Shown: positions 1 to 7,240 of the stretch, piece after piece
Layout of the letters: the number at the start of each line of letters is the position of its first letter
Numbering within the stretch: the stretch's first letter is position 1
Virus record (IMG/VR): IMGVR_UViG_3300048021_000073
Location: 1-29,298 of that record
Length of the DNA stretch: 29,298 bases
Direction: 5' to 3' (one strand)
DNA from: a virus
Taxonomy: Duplodnaviria; Caudoviricetes
Position numbers and translations under genes: made by a program
Notes under the pieces: generated by a model
Seen by the model: the letters and a program-made list of their open reading frames with translations, nothing else
Database searches by the model: none
Told to the model about the DNA's origin: nothing

Positions 1-45
1 ACGGTCGCTACCGGTGTTGTTGGCACTCCCCCCATGTCTTTACAG

Positions 46-97
46 GTCTTATATAAGACATAAGAGTACTCTTGTATAAGACTACTCAGTTATAAGA
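46..97. repeat. Palindrome/TATAAGA repeat cluster in the left non-coding region
   Basis: Perfect palindromes GTCTTATATAAGAC (46-59) and AAGAGTACTCTT (62-73); TCTT(A/G)TATAAGAC at 47-59 and 70-82; TATAAGA at 52, 75 and 91. Confidence 0.8.
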
Positions 98-332
98 GTG
101 ATTGCACAGTCGGGAAAGTGTGTGGCGCTCATGTACCCTTTAGCCGACAAAATATAGTCTAGGTCGTACTGTAAAAAACAGAGAGGGGGTGTGGTATAAA
201 TGACACAGTCCTGGCCCGGGTGTGGTAGGAATGATACACATGCCCTCAGAGGCTCTCAGAGCGCGTCTAATCGATTTTAGCGGTTTTGGGTACATTGGTA
301 TTGCCGACATGCCGATCGTCAAATTCCTTATA

Positions 333-345
333 AATCAATAACTTA
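333..345 (+). promoter_or_regulatory. IHF-consensus binding site
   Basis: AATCAATAACTTA matches WATCAANNNNTTR exactly and lies in non-coding DNA upstream of the first gene. Confidence 0.55.
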
Positions 346-351
346 CATCGT

Positions 352-409
352 CACACAATCGCCACAAATTGCCACACAATCGCCACAATTTAAGCTCGAC
401 TTTGCCACA
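352..409 (+). repeat. Tandem GCCACA-containing direct repeats
   Basis: CACACAATCGCCACAA at 352-367 and 373-388 (21-bp period); GCCACA at 361, 371, 382 and 404. Confidence 0.85.
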
Positions 410-430
410 GTTACTTATTAATATATAAGT
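396..430 (+). promoter_or_regulatory. Putative sigma70-type early promoter
   Basis: TCGACT(396)-N17-TAATAT(419) or TTGCCA(402)-N16-TATAAG(424), AT-rich, about 45 nt upstream of the first ATG (472, RBS TAAGGA). Confidence 0.4.
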
Positions 431-471
431 GTCGGTAGCGTAACGACATAACCAATATAAGGAATAGCATT

Positions 472-762
472 ATGGAAAAGCAGATAACACTAAAAAAGAA
501 AACCGAAGAAAAAGATTCTATCGAGTGGCGGTTCGTGTGGTCTAAAAAACTAGCGGATGATTGCCAAGAAAAGCATTTAATTACTATTGACGAATCAACC
601 ACAGAGTCGCATTTGGAGGTTTGGGTCGAAGATGCTCAATCTGATGAACTTATCGACCATGGAACCGTAGCCGTCAATACTCGCGGGAAGGTAAGACATT
701 TATATTGGTTAATGGAGTCAGTATCTGATTGCTTACAAGAAATGGGATTCAAGGCTAACTGA
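472..762 (+). CDS. Early hypothetical protein (96 aa)
   Basis: ORF with TAAGGA RBS; first gene of the + arm; its stop codon lies inside the ribozyme core. Confidence 0.75.
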   Translation: MEKQITLKKKTEEKDSIEWRFVWSKKLADDCQEKHLITIDESTTESHLEVWVEDAQSDELIDHGTVAVNTRGKVRHLYWLMESVSDCLQEMGFKAN

Positions 763-814
763 TGATGGCTTGATTAGCCGAAACCGTCCATGTTAGTATC
801 GGGCGGTATTAGTC
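753..814 (+). ncRNA. Type I hammerhead ribozyme
   Basis: Stem I GGCTAA(753-758)/TTAGTC(809-814); core CTGATGA(759-765) plus extra T766; stem II GGCT(767-770)/AGCC(776-779); GAAA(780-783); stem III CCGTCC(784-789)/GGGCGG(801-806); GUA triplet 806-808, predicted cleavage after A808. Confidence 0.9.
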
Positions 815-839
815 AAAAACACTAACGAAAGGGAAGCAA

Positions 840-1016
840 ATGATTGACCGATCAGATTGGATTAGATACCACGCAACGAATGTGGAATATGCGCTTGATG
901 TATCAGTATCACCTAGTGCAGATTTAGACGGCACGGTTTACATGGCATATTGTCACGATGAAGACGAATATATAAAGATAGACGCTTACGCTTTTGAATG
1001 GGAGTTAGCACAATGA
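840..1016 (+). CDS. Small acidic early protein (58 aa, MIDRSDWIRYH...), not in ORF track
   Basis: GAAAGGG RBS at 827; open frame to TGA, overlapping the next ATG (ATGA). Confidence 0.75.
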   Translation: MIDRSDWIRYHATNVEYALDVSVSPSADLDGTVYMAYCHDEDEYIKIDAYAFEWELAQ

Positions 1017-1651
1017 TACGATTATCTAAAGCCTCAAAAATGCCGTGTCGGTCGTGGTCTTTGGAAGCATTAACAACATGTCCGGCTTCAAAAAAATCTA
1101 ATGGCGAATTAGTTGACGCTTGCAAAGGCTGCTACGCAACAACAGGCAATTACAGGTTTCCGAATGTCAAAGCACCACGCATAGAGAATCAAAAGGATTG
1201 GAAGCGTTCGGAGTGGGTGGCGGATATGGTGCAACAATTAGATAATGATCGCTATTTTAGATGGTTTGATTCCGGTGATATGTATTCCCTACGTTTAGCC
1301 GTTAAGATCTATGAAGTAATGAAGCTCACGCCGTGGGTTAAACATTGGATACCAACACGCATGCATAAGTTCGCTAAGTTCAAGACGATCATTGAGCACA
1401 TGAAGGCATTGCCAAACGTATCAGTTAGATTGTCAAGCGATAGCGTCACGGGCGAATATGAAGCGCACCACGGGAGTACAATCATTCCCGAAGGTAACAC
1501 CATTCCCGAAGGCGTATCGGCTTGTCATGCTTACGAGAATAACGGGAAGTGTGGGACTTGTCGCAAGTGCTGGGATAAATCTATTCCGGTAATTGGATAC
1601 ATTGCGCACGGTAAGAAAATGCAGAAAGTCATTAACATAGCGAAAGGGTAA
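1013..1651 (+). CDS. GP88-family (radical-SAM-like Fe-S) protein
   Basis: LSKASKMP, Cx13CxxCY, YFRWFDSGD and C-terminal Cx8CxxCxxCW motifs; likely start 1013 (GGAG RBS, ATGA overlap) rather than 998. Confidence 0.75.
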   Translation: MIRLSKASKMPCRSWSLEALTTCPASKKSNGELVDACKGCYATTGNYRFPNVKAPRIENQKDWKRSEWVADMVQQLDNDRYFRWFDSGDMYSLRLAVKIYEVMKLTPWVKHWIPTRMHKFAKFKTIIEHMKALPNVSVRLSSDSVTGEYEAHHGSTIIPEGNTIPEGVSACHAYENNGKCGTCRKCWDKSIPVIGYIAHGKKMQKVINIAKG

Positions 1652-1654
1652 ACA

Positions 1655-1810
1655 ATGAGACATATCGAAGATTTAGAATTTGAGTTGAGCGCGTGTTTAG
1701 ATCGTGCTAGAAAAATTAAAGATGTAGCACTTGAAAATGGTTTATTGTTTTCACTACTCACACTAAACGAACTAGAAAAGACATTGAAAGAAGGGGGCGA
1801 AAATGAGTAG
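1655..1810 (+). CDS. Small hypothetical protein (51 aa, MRHIEDLEFEL...)
   Basis: GAAAGGG RBS at 1642; fills the gap between genes. Confidence 0.7.
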   Translation: MRHIEDLEFELSACLDRARKIKDVALENGLLFSLLTLNELEKTLKEGGENE

Positions 1811-1976
1811 TACTTGCGACTTATGCGGGGAACTCGAAGACGAACGAGCACTACACATCTACCGTAACGGGTGGCTGTGTAGATCGTGCGAGGGTTACTG
1901 GACTGACGAAGAGTTAAATCAAAAGGGTTTTATTAACGACGATGAAAGGGGAGCAAATGAAAAATCAGATTGTTAG
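1803..1976 (+). CDS. Small zinc-finger-like protein (57 aa)
   Basis: MSSTCDLCGE...WLCRSCEG (two CxxC pairs); AAGGGGG RBS. Confidence 0.65.
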   Translation: MSSTCDLCGELEDERALHIYRNGWLCRSCEGYWTDEELNQKGFINDDERGANEKSDC

Positions 1977-2715
1977 TCTATACGATTTCACGGGTGTAAC
2001 TGTCGAACCATGGGCGCGCGCAGGGTATGAGTGTTTCTGCTATGACATACAACACACTGAAGAGGGCGAAACAGTCCACTACGATGGCGGGGGAAGCATC
2101 ACCAAAGCTAAGATGGATCTGCAGGAAACCATGTTTTTTAATAAGGACGATAAGGGCTTCGAGTTCTACCCGTTTATATTTAAATTGTTGAAACGTCACA
2201 GTTACAAAACACACATGGTGTTAGCGTTTCCCGTGTGTACTGATCTAGCGGTCTCGGGTGCGCCACACTTTAAGTTCAAAGCAGAAAAGAATCCTAATTT
2301 TCAGATAGAAGCCACTAATCATGCGAAAGCGTGCGCTATGCTTGCGTCATTGTTGGAGGTTCCCTTCATGGTAGAGAATCCTGTTAGCCGGTTAGCTACG
2401 TTATGGAGAAAGCCGGACTATTGTTTTCAGCCTTTCGAGTATGGTCAATACATACCGGAGTCGGAGGCAGATCACCCACTGTATCCTAACTACATCGCGC
2501 CTCGTGATGCGTACTCGAAAAAAACGTGTCTGTGGACTGGCGGAGGTTTCAAGATGCCTAAGAAAAAGCCGGTGGACTGTGAGTCATTCGGAAGCAGTAG
2601 ACAGCACCGGAAGTTAGGTGGTAAGTCTATGCGCACCAAGAACATACGAAGCGCTACGCCAAGAGGATTTGCGAGGGCGGTATACGAGGCTAACAAAGCG
2701 GAGGTAGCATCATGA
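1957..2715 (+). CDS. Orphan DNA cytosine-C5 methyltransferase-like protein
   Basis: Motif I variant (SLYDFTG), YDI, motif IV-like AFPVCTDL, motif VI MVENPV, KKTCLW and C-terminal RSATPRGFA; start 1957 follows GAAAGGGGAG. Confidence 0.7.
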   Translation: MKNQIVSLYDFTGVTVEPWARAGYECFCYDIQHTEEGETVHYDGGGSITKAKMDLQETMFFNKDDKGFEFYPFIFKLLKRHSYKTHMVLAFPVCTDLAVSGAPHFKFKAEKNPNFQIEATNHAKACAMLASLLEVPFMVENPVSRLATLWRKPDYCFQPFEYGQYIPESEADHPLYPNYIAPRDAYSKKTCLWTGGGFKMPKKKPVDCESFGSSRQHRKLGGKSMRTKNIRSATPRGFARAVYEANKAEVAS

Positions 2716-2795
2716 AAGGGATGATTTTTCTGTTGTCATTGTTAGCACTGGCACACATGGGGATTATGTTTTGGATGTGGTCCCATGCTATCTGA
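2712..2795 (+). CDS. 27-aa hydrophobic (single TM) peptide
   Basis: MKGMIFLLSLLALAHMGIMFWMWSHAI; ATGA overlap with the upstream stop; GGAGGT RBS. Confidence 0.5.
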   Translation: MKGMIFLLSLLALAHMGIMFWMWSHAI

Positions 2796-2964
2796 CGAAC
2801 AACGCCAAAAGAGGCGTGAACAGTTGATGAAGAAACATCGTAAAGCGCGGGGAGGTTTTGTTTACAATAATCAAGGACGGTTGCGTACCTTGTATGATTT
2901 GTATAGGATTGATCCTGCACTAGATTTATTTTTATTCAAACCAAAGAAAGGAAAGTTAAAATGA
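2785..2964 (+). CDS. Small basic hypothetical protein (59 aa, MLSDEQRQKRR...)
   Basis: Open frame filling the gap; stop overlaps the next ATG (ATGA). Confidence 0.6.
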   Translation: MLSDEQRQKRREQLMKKHRKARGGFVYNNQGRLRTLYDLYRIDPALDLFLFKPKKGKLK

Positions 2965-3170
2965 GTTTACTTACACGAATGCCAAAGCATGGTGATTGTT
3001 TCGACCGAGGATCAGCAGACGCATACTACGGGAGACCGTACAGCCCACACTGGTATCCAAATGGTACGGGTAAAGGTATTAGGATTGAAGAAGCTGACAT
3101 GACCCCCGAAGAGATAGCAGAATACACCGAGGGTTATGAGAATGAAACCGAGAGAAAGGACTGGGGCTAA
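2961..3170 (+). CDS. Phage hypothetical protein (69 aa)
   Basis: GAAAGGA RBS; FDRGSADAYYGR...KDWG pattern typical of aquatic phage early genes. Confidence 0.8.
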   Translation: MSLLTRMPKHGDCFDRGSADAYYGRPYSPHWYPNGTGKGIRIEEADMTPEEIAEYTEGYENETERKDWG

Positions 3171-3198
3171 TGATTAAATCATGCGAGGAGGGTAAACA

Positions 3199-3375
3199 AT
3201 GAGTAACGAATACAACGATTCAAGGCTCGATCAAATTACTGACGATGTGCTGTCCATGAGTCACGAGGAAGTATGTCAGTATCTCGGACAGTATAGGAGC
3301 CTCAATCAAGACGATGCTTACGATAGGCTGATTGTTCTGCGGTACGAGGACGATCAATACTGGGCGAACGAATGA
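3199..3375 (+). CDS. Small acidic hypothetical protein (58 aa, MSNEYNDSRLD...)
   Basis: GAGGAGG RBS; ATGA overlap with the next gene. Confidence 0.7.
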   Translation: MSNEYNDSRLDQITDDVLSMSHEEVCQYLGQYRSLNQDDAYDRLIVLRYEDDQYWANE

Positions 3376-3605
3376 GGTGCGAGAGTTGCGACGGGTTGCT
3401 GTCGGATTATGAAGCGACCCGTAAAAATTTACGTTTAGAATTCGTCAGTTTATGTAACGATTGTTTGTCGAGTAGTGATCTTGACGATGTGTTCATGCTC
3501 GATAGACCCGATTTAAAGCACGCTGACGACGATCTAACGTATACCGAAGGGGTAACCTACCCTGATGACATTACAACGAAGCCTGGAGGCTCTGATGAAC
3601 TCTGA
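3372..3605 (+). CDS. Zinc-finger-like hypothetical protein (77 aa)
   Basis: MRCESC...LSDYEATRK...LCNDC, acidic tail. Confidence 0.75.
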   Translation: MRCESCDGLLSDYEATRKNLRLEFVSLCNDCLSSSDLDDVFMLDRPDLKHADDDLTYTEGVTYPDDITTKPGGSDEL

Positions 3606-3756
3606 GAGGGATATACAAACTGTTTACGAAGTGTTCCGAGACGGTAAGCCTAAGTATCAATTGTTTTGGACAAACCACACCAAGCGTTTCCTGATTGATG
3701 GTAAGATTGTTAGCGAGAAGACTTGGACTAATCAACTGAAAAAGGACAAAACATGA
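3595..3756 (+). CDS. Hypothetical protein (53 aa)
   Basis: GGAGG RBS before ATG 3595; ATGA overlap downstream. Confidence 0.65.
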   Translation: MNSERDIQTVYEVFRDGKPKYQLFWTNHTKRFLIDGKIVSEKTWTNQLKKDKT

Positions 3757-3914
3757 GTCAAGAAGAATACGAAGCATCTGCGGAAGAAGCCCATTACTTT
3801 TCAGTCCTTTCTGAAATGGTGGATCTGATGTTAGAACATGGTACTGAAAGAGTCTTATCAGACCTATTGGAATTAACTGTACAGTCGGAAACTATTAAGT
3901 CTATGGTTAATTAA
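3753..3914 (+). CDS. Small acidic hypothetical protein (53 aa, MSQEEYEASAEE...)
   Basis: AAAGGA RBS; open frame to TAA 3912-3914. Confidence 0.7.
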   Translation: MSQEEYEASAEEAHYFSVLSEMVDLMLEHGTERVLSDLLELTVQSETIKSMVN

Positions 3915-3983
3915 TATTAATATTTAACTAGAATGACTAATAGGTTTAAAAGTTACTAATAGTTACTATATAGTATATATAGA
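3907..3983. other. AT-rich putative replication origin / regulatory region
   Basis: Very AT-rich gap directly upstream of primase-helicase with TTAATTAATATTAATATTTAA, ACTAATAG twice, AGTTACTA twice and CTATATAG/TATATATA palindromes. Confidence 0.45.
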
Positions 3984-3996
3984 AGGAGATTGAATT

Positions 3997-5586
3997 ATGG
4001 GTGTCCAAATATTAACGCATCAACCATGTCCTGATTGTGGATCGTCAGACGCTTTGACGATTTATGATTGGGGTACTAAGTGTTTTAGTTGCGATAAGTC
4101 TGTATTTGATTCAGATAACGCAGGGATAACTAGATTAAAAGCAGTAAGCAAAGGTTTCCGTTATGTTCCAGGAGTTACTCGGAGCATTGTTGATCGCAAT
4201 ATAAGTAAGAGCACTTGCGAATTCTTTGGTCTTGTCGAATCAAACGGTCACTATCATTTTCCATATTGTGATGATGATGGTAACCTTGTCGCATATAAAA
4301 AACGTAGCACTGCCAAGAAACAATTTCACACTGACGGTAATTGGCAAGCAGGTAAGTTGTTCGGACAACACTTGTTTCCATCCGGTCAGTCCATTTTAAC
4401 GCTGACAGAGGGCGAATTTGATGCGCTAAGTGCATGGCAAATGATGGGCGGTACAGCTAAGTATGCCGTGTGTAGTGTACGTAATGGTGCAGGATCGGCA
4501 GTAGCAGATTGTAAGAATAACTACGAATACATTGACTCTTTCGAGAACATTCACATTTGTTTTGACTCAGACCCGCAAGGACAGGAAGCAGCTAAACAGG
4601 TAGCAGAATTGTTTGGATCGAAGGCTAAGATATTTAAGTCTGACCCAGATCATAAAGATGCCAGCGATTACCTACAGAACAACAGAGGCGAACGATTCCT
4701 GGAGCGCTGGTGGCAATGTCAGAGGTATGTTCCTGACGGTATTGTGGATGGTAGCACTTTATGGGATATAGTGAGGAAGCCAATGGAAGACAGCCTGATC
4801 AACTATCCGTACAAGGGACTGAATGATTTGACCTACGGGATTAGACCAAATGAGATGGTGATCGTAGCTGCCGGATCAGGTCTCGGTAAGTCTCAGTTCA
4901 TGCGGGAGTTCGTTTATCACATCCTGAACAACAGTAAAGACAACATAGGACTATTGTTCTTGGAGGAGACGGTGCGTACCACTGCTCGATCAATGATGTC
5001 ACTACACGCCAACAAACTACTACACCTACCCACCACCAAAGTATCGGACGAAGAACTGCGGGAGTCTTTCGAGGCTACGTTAGGCACTGGTCGATTGTTT
5101 CTACTTGATAGCAACGGTGAGCTAGACAAGGACAAGATAGTTCAGCGAGTTAGGTATATGGCTAAAGCTCTTGACTGTAAGTACATTTTCCTGGATCACA
5201 TATCTATCATAGTTGCAGGTGCAGAGAGAGGGTCAGAGCGAGAGGCACTGGAAGAAATCATGCGGGAGTTGCGTATCTTGGTAAAAGAAACTGGGATATG
5301 TTTGTTCGGTGTTTCGCACCTGAAGAGACCTGACGGTAAAGGTCACGAGGAAGGGGCGGTAACTAGTCTAGCGCATCTTAAAGGGTCATCGGCTCAGGGT
5401 AACGTAGCGGATATTGTCATAGGTCTTGAGCGTAACGGTCAGCATAATGACGAAGAAGAAAGACACACTACCCGCGTTCGTGTCCTGAAGAATAGATTCA
5501 GTGGTCTTACGGGTCCCGCCTGTCGGTTGTTGTACAATAAACAAACTGGTAGGATGACTGAAAAACATGACGAGGACGCTCTATGA
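3997..5586 (+). CDS. DNA primase/helicase (T7 gp4-like)
   Basis: N-terminal Zn ribbon (CPDC...CFSC), TOPRIM (TEGEFDA, CFDSD), SF4 helicase Walker A AGSGLGKS, Walker B IFLDH, LKNRFSG. Confidence 0.97.
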   Translation: MGVQILTHQPCPDCGSSDALTIYDWGTKCFSCDKSVFDSDNAGITRLKAVSKGFRYVPGVTRSIVDRNISKSTCEFFGLVESNGHYHFPYCDDDGNLVAYKKRSTAKKQFHTDGNWQAGKLFGQHLFPSGQSILTLTEGEFDALSAWQMMGGTAKYAVCSVRNGAGSAVADCKNNYEYIDSFENIHICFDSDPQGQEAAKQVAELFGSKAKIFKSDPDHKDASDYLQNNRGERFLERWWQCQRYVPDGIVDGSTLWDIVRKPMEDSLINYPYKGLNDLTYGIRPNEMVIVAAGSGLGKSQFMREFVYHILNNSKDNIGLLFLEETVRTTARSMMSLHANKLLHLPTTKVSDEELRESFEATLGTGRLFLLDSNGELDKDKIVQRVRYMAKALDCKYIFLDHISIIVAGAERGSEREALEEIMRELRILVKETGICLFGVSHLKRPDGKGHEEGAVTSLAHLKGSSAQGNVADIVIGLERNGQHNDEEERHTTRVRVLKNRFSGLTGPACRLLYNKQTGRMTEKHDEDAL

Positions 5587-7226
5587 AAAGACTAGCGATT
5601 GACATTGAGACTGACGGTTTAGATGCCACCGAGATATGGTGCGCGGTCACTAAGGATATAGACTCAGGGGAGGTTAAGGTATGGAAAGCAGCAAACGGCT
5701 TACGCCAGTACATCGACTCGCAAGACCTATTGATTGGTCACAACATAATCAGCTTCGACTTACCTGTATTGAAGAAGCTATGGAATTTGAATACGGACTC
5801 GAACCCGTTAAAAGATACGTTGATAATGTCAAGGTTACTAAACCCCGTCCTAGAAAAAGGACACTCTCTCGATTCATGGGGCGTGAGGCTAGGGCTAAAA
5901 AAAGGGGACTTCAGTGACTTCGATGGTGGATTGTCTGAAGACATGGTTGACTACTGCATACAAGACGTTGAGATTACTCATGCACTATTTACGCATCTTG
6001 ATTCTAGTTTACTGGACTGGGGTCAGTCAGTTGATCTTGAGCATGAGGTCGCTATGGTCGTTAAAAAGCAGGAAGAAAACGGATTCAAACTAGATGTACC
6101 GAAGTGTATGTTGATGCTTGCTAACTGGCAGCAAAGCCTTATGGATATTGAAGAAGAACTGCAGCAGGTCTTTCAACCGATTACGACTGAGCGATACAGC
6201 GACAAGACAGGTAAGCGATTGAAGGATAAAGTAGAAGTATTTAATCCAGGTTCCCGCAAGCAAATAGCGGAAAGATTAATGAGTCTGGGATGGAAACCTA
6301 GAAAACATACAGAGAAAGGATCAGTCATTGTCGATGAGAAAGTATTACAAACTGTTAAAATCCCTCAAGCTAAACCTATTCTACGATATCTACTACTTCA
6401 GAAAAGGGTGGCTCAAGTTAAGTCGTGGGTTGAAAATGTATCTGAAAGGGGACGGGTACACTGTAAGGTCAGAACCAACGGAGCGATCACGGGAAGAATG
6501 ACGCACAGTAAACCTAACCTAGCTCAAGTCCCGCGTGTCGGTAGCGAGTATGGTGAGGAGTGTAGATCAGTATGGACAGTAGAGGACGGTAATGTACTAC
6601 TCGGTGCTGATGCTAGTGGACTAGAACTCAGGATGCTTGCACACTATATGGACGATAGGAACTACACGAAAGAGATACTCGAAGGTGATATCCATACAGC
6701 TAACATGCAAGCTGCCGGACTGACTGACAGAGATCAAGCCAAGACATTTATCTATGCGTTTCTGTATGGTGCAGGTCCTGCTAAGATCGGTCAGATTGTA
6801 GGTGGTGGTGAGCGAGAAGGCAGACGATTGATCGATAGCTTCTTAAAGAACACGCCAGCCTTGCAGAAACTCAAGGACAAGGTTAGCCGGTTAGCTGAGA
6901 AGGAATGGTTGCCTGGACTGGATGGTCGTAGATTGATTGTTCGGTCACAACACGCTGCTCTGAATACATTACTGCAGGGTGCAGGTGCAATAGTTATGAA
7001 ACAAGCGTTAATTATCTTGAACAGAAAATTAATTAATGGTAATATGGATGCTCGGTTTGTTGCCAATGTGCATGATGAATGGCAGATTGAAACTACCGAA
7101 CAAGATGCAGACACGGTTGGACACTTTGCAGTACAATCCATCCGTCAAGCAGGGATCCGTCTAAACTTACGTTGCCCTTTAGACGGGGAATTCAAAGTAG
7201 GACTAAATTGGGCAGCGACACATTAA
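5583..7226 (+). CDS. polA: Family A DNA polymerase with 3'-5' exonuclease (T7 gp5-like)
   Basis: Exo motifs DIETDG, HNIISFD, YCIQDV; motif A DASGLELR, motif B RDQAKTFIYAFLYG, motif C VHDE. Confidence 0.97.
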   Translation: MKRLAIDIETDGLDATEIWCAVTKDIDSGEVKVWKAANGLRQYIDSQDLLIGHNIISFDLPVLKKLWNLNTDSNPLKDTLIMSRLLNPVLEKGHSLDSWGVRLGLKKGDFSDFDGGLSEDMVDYCIQDVEITHALFTHLDSSLLDWGQSVDLEHEVAMVVKKQEENGFKLDVPKCMLMLANWQQSLMDIEEELQQVFQPITTERYSDKTGKRLKDKVEVFNPGSRKQIAERLMSLGWKPRKHTEKGSVIVDEKVLQTVKIPQAKPILRYLLLQKRVAQVKSWVENVSERGRVHCKVRTNGAITGRMTHSKPNLAQVPRVGSEYGEECRSVWTVEDGNVLLGADASGLELRMLAHYMDDRNYTKEILEGDIHTANMQAAGLTDRDQAKTFIYAFLYGAGPAKIGQIVGGGEREGRRLIDSFLKNTPALQKLKDKVSRLAEKEWLPGLDGRRLIVRSQHAALNTLLQGAGAIVMKQALIILNRKLINGNMDARFVANVHDEWQIETTEQDADTVGHFAVQSIRQAGIRLNLRCPLDGEFKVGLNWAATH

Positions 7227-7240
7227 CTAAAGGAATTTAA

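Noticed and set aside
140-322. 60-aa minus-strand ORF in the leader
   Set aside because: No RBS or recognisable motif; runs through repeat-rich DNA opposite the arm direction.
352-409. CRISPR-like mini-array
   Set aside because: Repeats are 16 bp with a 5-bp gap; no spacer-length unique sequences and no cas genes.
2057-2072. Second hammerhead-like core CTGAAGA-GGGC-GAAAC
   Set aside because: No stem II, no stem III/UH or stem I pairing; it simply encodes TEEGET in the methyltransferase.
2792-2822. CTGACGA followed by an ACGCC/GGCGT hairpin
   Set aside because: Followed by GAAC not GAAA, wrong spacing, no flanking stems; lies in coding sequence.
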